From a virus: a DNA stretch of 64,000 nucleotides. The position numbers and the translations under genes are program-made. Shown here one piece after another: positions 1 through 8,951 of this stretch. The stretch's first letter is position 1, and every line of letters begins with the position of its first letter. A model generated the notes under the pieces. It was given only the letters and a program-made list of their open reading frames with translations. It made no database searches and was not told where the DNA came from. The stretch lies in IMG/VR virus record IMGVR_UViG_3300023179_000089, positions 8,563 to 72,562 of that record; one strand, written 5' to 3'.

Positions 1-91
1 ACCATGTATATGACAATGATAAAGCAGCATAGACAAAAATATGGCTTCTAATCAATTAGAAGTTTTTGTAAACCAATAAATAGAAACATGA

Positions 92-343
92 GTGATGGCA
101 GTAAGCAAAATCGTGCAAAATTTAAAGAAACGATTGTGGTTAGAGAGAATATCTCTTTGTTGCATGATGCTAGCAGTTTTTTTCAACCCAATGGGGTTCG
201 ACCTGGTCCAATATTGGTTGATAAAGAATACTGGAAGTATTTGGCAAGCGAATTTGGTTTTGTATGCGTTGTCGGGTCTATGCTTTGGATTATCTATTTT
301 ATTTCGCAAATTATATAAACAATCTACCTCGAAATTTATATGA
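92..343 (+). CDS. small membrane protein (2 TM)
   Basis: Two hydrophobic segments around FFNPMGFD; 4-nt overlap with next gene. Confidence 0.65.
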   Translation: MMAVSKIVQNLKKRLWLERISLCCMMLAVFFNPMGFDLVQYWLIKNTGSIWQANLVLYALSGLCFGLSILFRKLYKQSTSKFI

Positions 344-633
344 AAAAATCTACATTAATTCAAATAATTCGAGAAGAAATTCAAAAAGAGTTACGTGAAG
401 CATATGGAATGGAGTCTTTATACTACTCTGCTCCAAGCGGTTATGAACAGTTACCTAAAGGACGAGATGTTCGCATACAACATTTTACCAATTACGAAAA
501 ATGGAAAGTTATTGCAATGCAATTAGGGGCTGTTATTCAAGACCGCGGCGATGATTGGATTGCAGTAATGCCAAATCAAGATAAGCTCGGTACATTTTCC
601 AAGCTTAATCGAATGGGCACACTTTCTATTTAA
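340..633 (+). CDS. hypothetical protein with MKKSxLxQIIREEI leader (putative internal head protein)
   Basis: N-terminus MKKSTLIQIIREEIQKELREA shared with ORFs at 5939, 32033, 32403. Confidence 0.7.
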   Translation: MKKSTLIQIIREEIQKELREAYGMESLYYSAPSGYEQLPKGRDVRIQHFTNYEKWKVIAMQLGAVIQDRGDDWIAVMPNQDKLGTFSKLNRMGTLSI

Positions 634-638
634 TCATA

Positions 639-797
639 ATGGCAACAAAAAAGAAATTATCAGTAAAAGACACGCGCACTCAAAAAATAACTTTCGGAAC
701 GAAAAAGTCTCGTAAAGGCGTACATTCAAAATCAAAAAATTCCAAATTAAAACAAAGTAAAAATTATCGAAAAAAATATCGCGGTCAAGGTAGATAA
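639..797 (+). CDS. small very basic protein, 52 aa, ends KKYRGQGR
   Basis: Hand translation MATKKKLSVK...NYRKKYRGQGR*; fills the gap; YRGQG ending resembles small proteins of T4-like phages. Confidence 0.7.
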   Translation: MATKKKLSVKDTRTQKITFGTKKSRKGVHSKSKNSKLKQSKNYRKKYRGQGR

Positions 798-798
798 A

Positions 799-830
799 TT
801 TGGTACTTTCAATTTTAATTCTTATATTTA
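799..830 (+). promoter_or_regulatory. Bacteroidota-type sigma70 promoter
   Basis: TTTG-N20-TATATTTA; similar at about 24811, 34001, 36943, 41606, 61907. Confidence 0.55.
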
Positions 831-837
831 AGAAAGA

Positions 838-1119
838 TTGAATCCAATGTTATTAATTGCAGTGATACTTTTATCAATAATTACTGTTTTAACTTCGACT
901 ATGATAGTCGTTGCTTTCACACAAATTAAAAATTTACGTCAATCTCTGGATCGATTGCAAGAAACGCAGTCACTACATTCTAGAGAAATTTCAGGATTGA
1001 TTCAACATGGTCAAAATGTCGCTGTTGGATTAAATGATGTCATTTTATCTTTACAAAATAGAGATCGATTCATATTATCAAAAACTATGCTTAATCCAAC
1101 TGTTATGGGCGAAGCTTAA
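838..1119 (+). CDS. membrane-anchored coiled-coil protein
   Basis: N-terminal TM then heptads; ATG at 847 is an alternative start. Confidence 0.65.
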   Translation: MNPMLLIAVILLSIITVLTSTMIVVAFTQIKNLRQSLDRLQETQSLHSREISGLIQHGQNVAVGLNDVILSLQNRDRFILSKTMLNPTVMGEA

Positions 1120-1129
1120 TTTAACGACA

Positions 1130-1840
1130 ATGAAATTTAATACACTAAGCTCTTCATTTTTTATTTTTGCTGTAATATTAGTAGCAGCTGTAATAATACT
1201 TAAATTTTGGTCTGGACCAGTATCATACGTAAAAGATGCTGAATTTTACAATGCAATACGAAAGCAACAATTAGTTATCGACAGCTCAAAACGAAAAGTT
1301 GATAGTTTAAACAAAGTAGAATCAAATTTGCGAATTCAGTTAAACCAAATAAACACTAAACTACAAAAAGACAGCATAAAAATTTTAAACTTAAAACTTA
1401 AATTAAATGAAACACATTCTAACATCGACACTTTTAGTTCTCGCGACGTTGTTGACTATTTCATAAACGTTACGGCGCAAACTAAAGAAGACTCTATAAC
1501 TTGCGTTCCTACATATCAACTCAAATCGGCAATTAAAGATTTAGAATCATTCGACGTATGTAAAACTGAAAACGATTACTTAACTGAGCGAGTAACTACA
1601 TTACAACATCAGGTTACACTCGCAACTTCAATAATAGAAGTAAAAGATTCAAAAGAGTCTGAGTTGAATTTGCAAATTCGATCATATGAAATTTCTCAGG
1701 ATTTATTCACAAAGCGAGTAGACGAGTTAAACAAGCAAATTCGTAAACTTCAATTAAAAAATAAAGCTCTAATTTTAGGATCTTCGACATTTGCGATTGC
1801 AGCTATTACATTATTTACCACGTCATTTTTAATAAAATAG
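1130..1840 (+). CDS. coiled-coil protein with N- and C-terminal TM, spanin-like
   Basis: Start moved to ATG 1130 (MKFNTL); TM at both ends, long heptad region, two Cys. Confidence 0.55.
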   Translation: MKFNTLSSSFFIFAVILVAAVIILKFWSGPVSYVKDAEFYNAIRKQQLVIDSSKRKVDSLNKVESNLRIQLNQINTKLQKDSIKILNLKLKLNETHSNIDTFSSRDVVDYFINVTAQTKEDSITCVPTYQLKSAIKDLESFDVCKTENDYLTERVTTLQHQVTLATSIIEVKDSKESELNLQIRSYEISQDLFTKRVDELNKQIRKLQLKNKALILGSSTFAIAAITLFTTSFLIK

Positions 1841-1853
1841 TAAATTAACTGAA

Positions 1854-2453
1854 ATGAATTTAACTTTTACAGAAACATTCGCAAAGTCCTTGAAAAAAGT
1901 ATATTGGCAAAATACTTGGTTATATAAGGTATATTCTTTTTTGAGATATGACTTACCTAGATTTTTTAAAAACATTTGGAAATTCAGAAAAGCTCTTTAC
2001 AACCACTATTGGTTTGATCATCACGGAACTCTTATGTTTATAGAGATAGGTCTTACGGATATTGCCGACAACGTCGAAAAATATGGTATTGAAGTGGATA
2101 GTTCTAGATTGAAAAAAGTTGAAAAAATGCGTAGAGCAGCACAACTCATCAAGAATTACAATGAAGATTTATACATTGAAATGGCCGAAGCTGAGTTAGG
2201 AGAAATTATACTTCGTGGGTTTAAATTTGTTCCATTTGAAGACAAAAAAGATTTGTTTGAATGGGTTGATGATTTATCGAGTGAAGAAAAAGAACATAAC
2301 AATAAAGTATATGCTCGAGCTAGAGAAGTTGGAGAGCAAGAGTGGAAAGAATTGTTTTCTATTTTAGAAGGTCAAGACTATACTAAATTTGATAAAGACA
2401 AAGACTTTGATGAACAGTTTGATGGTTCAGGTCTTCGTGGATGGTGGGATTAA
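1854..2453 (+). CDS. hypothetical phage protein
   Basis: 199-aa ORF ending DGSGLRGWWD. Confidence 0.75.
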   Translation: MNLTFTETFAKSLKKVYWQNTWLYKVYSFLRYDLPRFFKNIWKFRKALYNHYWFDHHGTLMFIEIGLTDIADNVEKYGIEVDSSRLKKVEKMRRAAQLIKNYNEDLYIEMAEAELGEIILRGFKFVPFEDKKDLFEWVDDLSSEEKEHNNKVYARAREVGEQEWKELFSILEGQDYTKFDKDKDFDEQFDGSGLRGWWD

Positions 2454-2464
2454 ATATTAACAAA

Positions 2465-2752
2465 ATGATAAAATGGATATATAAACCTTCAGGAGCATGT
2501 CCAGTGCAAGCCGAAGGTTATTTTTTAGGACATTACTTTTACTTTAGAAGTAGATGGTCGGTAGCAAGAATAGAATTTGCTAAAACTGAAGAATGTTGGA
2601 AGAAAGACAATTTAACAGCTAGTTTTGACTTATATCATACCAAAGATACATTTGCTGCTGGTTGGTTAAGTGAAAGATTTTGTACTAAATTAATTTATAA
2701 AGGCTGTTTAAAGTTTTCTTGGTTTATTTTAAAAAGATTGGTGATTAAATAG
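2465..2752 (+). CDS. hypothetical phage protein
   Basis: GACPVQAEG...FYFRSR; start moved to ATG 2465. Confidence 0.7.
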   Translation: MIKWIYKPSGACPVQAEGYFLGHYFYFRSRWSVARIEFAKTEECWKKDNLTASFDLYHTKDTFAAGWLSERFCTKLIYKGCLKFSWFILKRLVIK

Positions 2753-2770
2753 TCATCTAGTATTACTCGT

Positions 2771-2796
2771 AAAAAGCCTCATTCAGAGGCTTTTCT
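2771..2796 (+). terminator. intrinsic terminator
   Basis: AAAAGCCTC-ATTCA-GAGGCTTTT. Confidence 0.7.
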
Positions 2797-2805
2797 ACTG
2801 TTAAA

Positions 2806-2813
2806 ATATTTAT
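2806..2813 (+). promoter_or_regulatory. putative late promoter ATATTTAT
   Basis: Same octamer shortly upstream of starts at 5654, 32009, 32379, 39377, 46846, 53355, 57711, 59698, 63587, several of them virion genes. Confidence 0.5.
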
Positions 2814-2854
2814 ATCAAAGGTTTCGTACCATTTAACGTATAATTGTTGTATGT

Positions 2855-4522
2855 ATGAATTCCTTCGATCCAAAAATTTCAGATCTTAACCAAAAAATTT
2901 CAGATCTTAACCAAAATATGTTAATACAACATGATTTAGATCATATACAAGACCTCAAATACATTCAATCGCTAAATCAAGTTTTAGTAGAGCAATCGCG
3001 CAATAATTTATTTTTTCAAGGAAAAGTTTCAGAAGGAGCAAAAGTTTTAACCAAACAAGTTGCTAATATTGTCAATACCGACAGATGTTCTTTTTGGTTA
3101 TTTAACTTAGATAGAACGTCGATAAAATGCGAACAATTGTATATTAAAGCTGACAACGAATGGTATCAAGGCTTTGAGTTGTACAAAAAAGATTATGAAC
3201 CGTATTTTAATGCATTAAATGAAAATCCAATCATAGTAGCTGATATTGTAGAAACGCATTACGCCACGTCTTGTTTTACAGAATCATATCTTAATTTGTA
3301 TGGAATTAAATCAATGCTTGACGTTCCAATTTTCTATCAAGCAAATTTAATTGGCGTTATTTGTGTAGAAAGTTTGACATATAGAAAGTGGAGCAGCTTT
3401 GAAATTGACTTTTTACAAATTTTATCTTCGTTTTTTTCATTTGCATATTCAGTTAAAGAACAAACTAAAGAATGGAAATATGGATTTTTTGATCAGGTTA
3501 AAAAAATAAATGAATTTGAAAAATTTGCAGATGAGTCGACAATTATTACCAAAGCAGATGCCAATGGTAAAATTACTTACGTTAACCGAAAGTTTACGGA
3601 AGTTTCAGAATATGAACTAGACGAAGTAGTTGGAAAAGATCATAACATTGTTAATTCCGGAATACATCCAAAAGAGCTATGGACTGATATGTATAAAACA
3701 GTTATAAAAGAAAGAAAAATTTGGAATTCAATCATTACTAATAAAACAAAAAGTGGTAAGTTGTATTATGTAGATACGTTTATCAAAGCTGAATTTGAAA
3801 ATGAACAATTAACTGGGTTTATTTCCATGCGCCAAGACGTAACTAAAATTTACGAAACGTTAAATGCTATTGATGAAAAGAATGTATATTTAGAACACGC
3901 AGCTAAAATACTTCGTCATGATATGCATTCCGGAATAAATACATACATTCCTAGAGGGTTTTCTTCTTTAGAGCGAAGACTGACTCCTGAGGTAATAGAA
4001 CAACTCAAAATAGAGTCTCCGTTAAAAATGATTCGAGAAGGATTGAAGCATACACAAAAAGTTTATAAAGGTGTGTATGAGTTTACTAATTTAGTGAAAC
4101 CAGATTCTAAATTAACTAAAATAAATGTTGATTTAAAAGAAATTTTAACAAGTTATTTACGCTCTACTTCATACTCAAGCCAAGTAATAATAGATACACT
4201 CGGCCGTGCGGATGTAAATGAATCATTATTTTGTACTGCCGTTGATAATTTAATTCGAAATGGTTTGAAATATAATGATTCTGAAACTAAATTTGTTCGT
4301 ATATTTATAGATGAAGATGTACTCTGTATACAAGACAACGGTCGAGGTATGACACAAATGGAATTTGAGAAGTTATCTCAGCCGTATGTAAGAAAAGAAA
4401 ATCAAAAAGAAACGGGATCAGGATTAGGATTAAATATTTGCATCGCAATTTTAAAAGAGCATGGATTTTCTATATCCTGTGAACGTCTTAATAATGGAAC
4501 TAAAATAAAAATAAAAATTTAA
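2855..4522 (+). CDS. GAF-PAS sensor histidine kinase
   Basis: GAF (SMLDVPIF..LIGVICVE); PAS (GKITYVNRKF..GKDHNIVNSGIHP..NKTKSGKLYYV); H-box LRHDMH, N-box DNLIRNGLKY, G1 DNGRG, G2 GSGLGL. Confidence 0.92.
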   Translation: MNSFDPKISDLNQKISDLNQNMLIQHDLDHIQDLKYIQSLNQVLVEQSRNNLFFQGKVSEGAKVLTKQVANIVNTDRCSFWLFNLDRTSIKCEQLYIKADNEWYQGFELYKKDYEPYFNALNENPIIVADIVETHYATSCFTESYLNLYGIKSMLDVPIFYQANLIGVICVESLTYRKWSSFEIDFLQILSSFFSFAYSVKEQTKEWKYGFFDQVKKINEFEKFADESTIITKADANGKITYVNRKFTEVSEYELDEVVGKDHNIVNSGIHPKELWTDMYKTVIKERKIWNSIITNKTKSGKLYYVDTFIKAEFENEQLTGFISMRQDVTKIYETLNAIDEKNVYLEHAAKILRHDMHSGINTYIPRGFSSLERRLTPEVIEQLKIESPLKMIREGLKHTQKVYKGVYEFTNLVKPDSKLTKINVDLKEILTSYLRSTSYSSQVIIDTLGRADVNESLFCTAVDNLIRNGLKYNDSETKFVRIFIDEDVLCIQDNGRGMTQMEFEKLSQPYVRKENQKETGSGLGLNICIAILKEHGFSISCERLNNGTKIKIKI

Positions 4523-4534
4523 AAAAAAACAAAA

Positions 4535-4972
4535 ATGATAAACTCGCTTATGTTAGTAGACGATGAAGATTTATTTCATCTAGTGTTTGAAGATGCATGC
4601 TCACTTTTAGATATCAGCTTATCGCTGAAATCGCTAAATAGTGCAGACGAAGCTGAAAAGTTATTTAAAAAATGGTTTCATGAAGGGGATACTAAGCATA
4701 GACCAGAATGCGTGTTTGTCGACTTAAATATCATTGGGTCATCTTTTGATGGTATTGAATTGATAAGAAAAATTAATTTTGAGTATGGCAATCATGTAAT
4801 TATCGGAATAATTTCTTCATCGAATGAACCGGCAGAACAAACTAAAGCTTTACAAGCCGGGGCGCAGTTTTGGATTATAAAATCAGATGACATTGAACCA
4901 AGACTTGAAGATTTCAAAAAAGACTATGAAAATTACAAAAATAGAACAGCGCCATTTAAAGTTTATAAATAA
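4535..4972 (+). CDS. single-domain response regulator (REC)
   Basis: LVDDED acidic pocket, FVDLN phospho-Asp, ISSS, WIIK; no output domain. Confidence 0.9.
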   Translation: MINSLMLVDDEDLFHLVFEDACSLLDISLSLKSLNSADEAEKLFKKWFHEGDTKHRPECVFVDLNIIGSSFDGIELIRKINFEYGNHVIIGIISSSNEPAEQTKALQAGAQFWIIKSDDIEPRLEDFKKDYENYKNRTAPFKVYK

Positions 4973-5652
4973 TGTTACGAATACATGATAAATTAAAAAA
5001 AGAGTTAATCGCTTTACTCGATGAAAAAAATATTGCTTTAGAAGGTAATATTGTAAAAATGATCGATGCAGAGGATGACAAAGACTTTCAAGATTATATT
5101 GCAATTTGTTTAGAAAAGGATCGAGAATCTAGAAAAAAGCGTCTTGATATAACAAGACAGGTGCAAATTCAAAATAAAGAGCTAACAGCTCTTAACGAGC
5201 AAAACACCAAAATAATGCAGGAGTTGCAGCAAACTCTTGAAGATATGGAAACTTCAAAAACTCATATCGAATTACAAAACAGAGAGCTTATTGCGTGGAA
5301 GCAAGACAACGAGCGAATGTCAATAGAATTGAGAGATGAAATGATAAAGTCTGAAACTGCGAGAATAGAGGCTGAAAATGCTAAAAAAGCAGCAGAATCT
5401 GACTTAGATCTACTTCAAAAGAAAACTCAAACTGAATTAATTGGTAAAATAGTTACGATTGCTCTTTATGTAATAATCGGGGTTGGAATTTCTACGACCT
5501 TAATGTATGTATTTTCCATGATAACAAATAAAGATACTCAAATGATAGGATCTACATGGTCTAATATGTTTGGAATACTATTAACAAACGCATTTAGTAT
5601 TATAGGAACAATAATGGGTGTTAAATATGCATCTGAAAAAAAGGAAGAGTAG
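4972..5652 (+). CDS. coiled-coil protein with two C-terminal TM helices
   Basis: Stop/start overlap with REC gene; long heptad region, 2 TM, charged tail. Confidence 0.75.
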   Translation: MLRIHDKLKKELIALLDEKNIALEGNIVKMIDAEDDKDFQDYIAICLEKDRESRKKRLDITRQVQIQNKELTALNEQNTKIMQELQQTLEDMETSKTHIELQNRELIAWKQDNERMSIELRDEMIKSETARIEAENAKKAAESDLDLLQKKTQTELIGKIVTIALYVIIGVGISTTLMYVFSMITNKDTQMIGSTWSNMFGILLTNAFSIIGTIMGVKYASEKKEE

Positions 5653-5673
5653 AATATTTATATTAAATAAATT

Positions 5674-5958
5674 ATGAGTCAAAAGTACTTTTTCGGGTGG
5701 TCAAACTTAAAATGGGGCATAAAAGAACTTATTAATATTTACAGCAATAAAGACTCGTACTTTTCAAAAAAGCGAATTGAATCAGGTGCTGCATTTGCAA
5801 TAGCTCAGTTTGGAATGATTGCATATTTTATAACTCACTTACATACACTAAACGTTTCCGATGTATTGCTTTGGTCAGCTGCTGAATTTGCAATTGCCGG
5901 ATATGTAGTATCACAAATTCAAAAAGAAAAACAACAAAATGAAACTTCAGGAACTTAA
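5674..5958 (+). CDS. holin-like membrane protein
   Basis: 94 aa, 2 TM after SKKRIESG, charged C-terminus; ATATTTAT upstream. Confidence 0.5.
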   Translation: MSQKYFFGWSNLKWGIKELINIYSNKDSYFSKKRIESGAAFAIAQFGMIAYFITHLHTLNVSDVLLWSAAEFAIAGYVVSQIQKEKQQNETSGT

Positions 5959-6280
5959 ACAAATCATACGAAAAGAGATATTAAGTGTAATAAACGAAGC
6001 TCCTCAAGAATTCGGAGCGTTTCGTCGATTAGTAATTACTACTTCCCAACCTGATGCAGTAAAAAAAGAAATCGATCGTTTTATGAAACAGCCTAACATC
6101 AAAGCTGATTATAAAATGAATAAATTTACTGTAAAAGATGGTGCAAAAGCTGGAGTAATCGTAGTAGATATGGAAGGACAATCTGCTACAGGATTAAGTT
6201 TAAAGATGCAAGATGCTATTAAACGTGTCGACCGTAATGCAGATGTCAAGGAGCGTAAAGAAATTAAATTAACTAAATAA
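5939..6280 (+). CDS. hypothetical protein with QIIRxEI leader
   Basis: MKLQELKQIIRKEILSVINEA. Confidence 0.7.
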   Translation: MKLQELKQIIRKEILSVINEAPQEFGAFRRLVITTSQPDAVKKEIDRFMKQPNIKADYKMNKFTVKDGAKAGVIVVDMEGQSATGLSLKMQDAIKRVDRNADVKERKEIKLTK

Positions 6281-6302
6281 TTCTTACATAATCTATAAAA
6301 AG

Positions 6303-6325
6303 AAGCCCGTAGTACGGGCTTTTTT
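6303..6325 (+). terminator. intrinsic terminator
   Basis: AAGCCCGT-AGT-ACGGGCTTTTTT. Confidence 0.8.
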
Positions 6326-6358
6326 CATGTGCAAATAATTATTTAAAATAGGTTTATA

Positions 6359-7084
6359 ATGAAAGGAAATAAATCTGGAAAAGGCGTATTCGGTCAATAT
6401 AAAGGATACCAACTAATGGAAAGCCAGATTCGTTATGCGATGAGCAATACTACTTCAAATGCAGAAGCGGCAAAATGGCTACATGTATCATTTTCTACAT
6501 GGAAGAAATATGCAAAACGATATATCGACTCGGAAACGGGTAAAACGCTATTTCAGCTACACAAAGAGACTGGGTTTGCACAAAGATTAGTGCTACCAAA
6601 AACAAAATACAGAAGAAAAGCTTCTTCGCCATGGGCATTTCAGCCTCTTCCAATGGCCGACATCTTTGCAAACAAACATTTAAGATACTGTATTAGTCGA
6701 TTCAAAGATCGTTTAGTAAAAGAAGGGTGGAAGGAAGAGCGATGCGAAATATGCGGATATCAAGATCGAAGAGTTTCAGATTATGAAGTACCGCTGCGAA
6801 TTAATTGGCTCGACGATAATAAACGTAATTATTCTTTGGAAAATATTCAGTTAATCTGCCACAACTGTTATTTCATACATGTAGGAAACTTAAACGGCGG
6901 TAAATCAAAACAATTTAAAATTGACGAAGTTACCGGTGAAGTAGTACCTGCAGTTCCAGATCGAAAAACAATACGAGACCAAACTGTACCTCTCGGTCCT
7001 TATTTCAAACCTAGAACTTATGGTCAGCCTCTGCCGGAGTCTCTGGTGAAGAATCTAAAGTCAGATCCGAACCAAGATCATTAA
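6359..7084 (+). CDS. HTH plus degenerate HNH/Zn-finger protein
   Basis: AEAAKWLHVSFSTWKKYA HTH; CEICG...NYSLENIQLICHNCY; catalytic His not evident. Confidence 0.6.
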   Translation: MKGNKSGKGVFGQYKGYQLMESQIRYAMSNTTSNAEAAKWLHVSFSTWKKYAKRYIDSETGKTLFQLHKETGFAQRLVLPKTKYRRKASSPWAFQPLPMADIFANKHLRYCISRFKDRLVKEGWKEERCEICGYQDRRVSDYEVPLRINWLDDNKRNYSLENIQLICHNCYFIHVGNLNGGKSKQFKIDEVTGEVVPAVPDRKTIRDQTVPLGPYFKPRTYGQPLPESLVKNLKSDPNQDH

Positions 7085-7187
7085 TCTTTGTCATCAGCCA
7101 TTGTTGGTATTCATAATCAGAATCAATATACGATTCTACATACACTTCTTCATCAGAAGCCGCTAATTGTCTTTTAATTAAACTCAT
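7011..7187 (-). CDS. small acidic protein, 58 aa
   Basis: Hand translation MSLIKRQLAASDEEVYVESYIDSDYEYQQWL...; own promoter TTTG-N20-TACATTTA at 7222-7191. Confidence 0.55.
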   Translation of the reverse strand: MSLIKRQLAASDEEVYVESYIDSDYEYQQWLMTKINDLGSDLTLDSSPETPAEADHKF

Positions 7188-7244
7188 ACTTAAATGTAAG
7201 TAATTCTTTTGTAATTTACAAATTTATTTTGAATATTTTAATCA

Positions 7245-7350
7245 ATTGATTATTAATCGATTACGCAACTAATTGATAATTAATGTATTAAAATTGCCAA
7301 AAAATTTGGTGCGTGTAGATGAATTACTTATTTTTATGTATAGTAATTAA
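7245..7350 (+). promoter_or_regulatory. composite early promoter copy 1
   Basis: IHF-like CAACTAATTGATA, CCAAAAAATTTGG dyad, TACTTATTTTTATGTATAGTAATTAA. Confidence 0.8.
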
Positions 7351-7357
7351 TTAATCA

Positions 7358-7648
7358 ATGAAAGAAAGTACCCAAAACCAGGCAATGACAAATTTAGTTT
7401 ACAATGCAGTTGAATGTTTTATTTCAAGTGCGTATTTATATGAACGTCGTGACACGGAATTTGAGATAGATCAAAGATGGCATAATGCATACGCTGCTGA
7501 ATGTGAATTGTATGCGCATTTACGTGCGATGTCTGAATCGGAAAAAGAAACTTATACTAAGTTTGTTAATTGGCTTGAATACAGTCAATTGTATAAATCG
7601 GATTTGACAGTAAACAAACTTTATTCCGTATTTAAATCTATTAAATAA
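7358..7648 (+). CDS. hypothetical protein
   Basis: Directly after promoter copy 1. Confidence 0.7.
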   Translation: MKESTQNQAMTNLVYNAVECFISSAYLYERRDTEFEIDQRWHNAYAAECELYAHLRAMSESEKETYTKFVNWLEYSQLYKSDLTVNKLYSVFKSIK

Positions 7649-7663
7649 TAAAACCGATTCGAA

Positions 7664-7876
7664 ATGACAACAGTAGATAAAAAATCCAACAAAATACCTC
7701 AAGGAGCATTTTCAGAAATGATGTCTGCTTTTGTTTATTTTGACAAAGTAGATGAAGGATGCGGGTACGATAGATTAAATGCTAAAATGCGAATAATACA
7801 AATGAATTATGACCTAACCGATAATGAGTTAGGTATAGTCGAAAAATGGGCTTATGAAAAGTATTACAAAAACTAG
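7664..7876 (+). CDS. hypothetical protein
   Basis: Flanked by 16-bp direct repeat TAAATAATAAAACCGA (7642, 7921). Confidence 0.65.
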   Translation: MTTVDKKSNKIPQGAFSEMMSAFVYFDKVDEGCGYDRLNAKMRIIQMNYDLTDNELGIVEKWAYEKYYKN

Positions 7877-7945
7877 AGCTGGAAACGCAAAAGAGCAAAT
7901 TATCAATTTAAAGGCAAAAGTAAATAATAAAACCGAGATAAAATC

Positions 7946-8335
7946 ATGAAAATTTTCTTAGACGATGTAAGAATACCAAGCGATTGTATTGGATATATGT
8001 ATACTAGAATTGGATCATTGAATCCGATTTATTTAGAAAATTGGACTATTGTAAGAAATTACAATGAATTCGTAGATGTTGTAACAAATAACATTACGGA
8101 AATCACGCATATTTCTTTCGACCACGATTTAGCAGATGAGCATTACGATCCTGCAATGTATCATGGCACGGAAAAGTATATGGAGTTAGCTGGAAAGTTT
8201 AAAGAAAAAACTGGGCTAGATTGCGCGATATGGTTAAACGAATTTTATTTATCAGCTGGTAAATCTTTGCCGATCATGTTTGTTCATTCAATGAATCCTG
8301 TCGGAACTAAAAATATAATAGACGTTTTTAAATAA
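7946..8335 (+). CDS. cyclic-phosphate-processing receiver (cREC)-like protein
   Basis: IFLDDVR, ISFDHDL, KTGLDC, VHSMNPVG motifs. Confidence 0.75.
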   Translation: MKIFLDDVRIPSDCIGYMYTRIGSLNPIYLENWTIVRNYNEFVDVVTNNITEITHISFDHDLADEHYDPAMYHGTEKYMELAGKFKEKTGLDCAIWLNEFYLSAGKSLPIMFVHSMNPVGTKNIIDVFK

Positions 8336-8336
8336 A

Positions 8337-8519
8337 ATGAAAATAGTAGTAAAAAGAAACGAACAACAACCTGAAGTTACAATTGACTTAAAAGATGTGC
8401 ATTATCCTTATGCTATTAGAGATGCAATTCAATTAGCATTAGAAATTGATGGTTTTACAAAAGAAACTATTGCAGAGGTGTTTAATCAAATGCCCGATGC
8501 TAAATGTGAGGCATCATAG
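8337..8519 (+). CDS. hypothetical protein
   Basis: 60 aa; stop followed immediately by attC-like site. Confidence 0.6.
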   Translation: MKIVVKRNEQQPEVTIDLKDVHYPYAIRDAIQLALEIDGFTKETIAEVFNQMPDAKCEAS

Positions 8520-8525
8520 CATTGC

Positions 8526-8619
8526 ACCTAACGATTGGGTATATATGCAGTACCCAATGCAGAAACTTTAAAATTAAATATAAACCTTAATAGGGTATTG
8601 CATATATACCTTGTTATAC
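8526..8619 (+). mobile_element. attC-like recombination site 1
   Basis: ACCTAAC ... 18-bp inverted repeat (8538-8555 / 8593-8610, one G.T) ... GTTATAC. Confidence 0.6.
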
Positions 8620-8630
8620 CACGTAAACTT

Positions 8631-8951
8631 ATGAAAAGAAATATAAGCGAAACCCCCGAAAGATGGGTGATATTAAAACTACCAAACAATTACTATAAAG
8701 TTTTTGGAACTTGGGCTGGTGGATATTTAGATGGTGATAGATGGAAGTTGAACTCTGGAATAGAAAAAATTGAACAGGATGACGATTACTATTATTTTAT
8801 TGGATTTAGTGGGAGTTGTTATAAATGTCACAAAAAGGGATATGGAATATCAACATCCTACGGGCTATTGGTACTGAATAAAATAATAGAACAAGGGAAT
8901 AGTCAGATTGAACTAATGGAAGATTGTGATGATTGGTCAACAGTGGTATAA
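8631..8951 (+). CDS. hypothetical phage protein in an integron-like cassette
   Basis: PERWVILK..YKVFGTWAGGYLDGDRWKLNSGI; start moved to ATG 8631. Confidence 0.75.
   Translation: MKRNISETPERWVILKLPNNYYKVFGTWAGGYLDGDRWKLNSGIEKIEQDDDYYYFIGFSGSCYKCHKKGYGISTSYGLLVLNKIIEQGNSQIELMEDCDDWSTVV

Noticed and set aside
2870-2915. 21-nt tandem duplication (KISDLNQ x2) at the kinase N-terminus
   Set aside because: Two in-frame copies before the GAF domain; most likely neutral slippage.
6359-7084. Active HNH homing endonuclease
   Set aside because: The expected His-containing motif reads LRINWLD and the last His is Tyr; likely a non-catalytic DNA-binding derivative.
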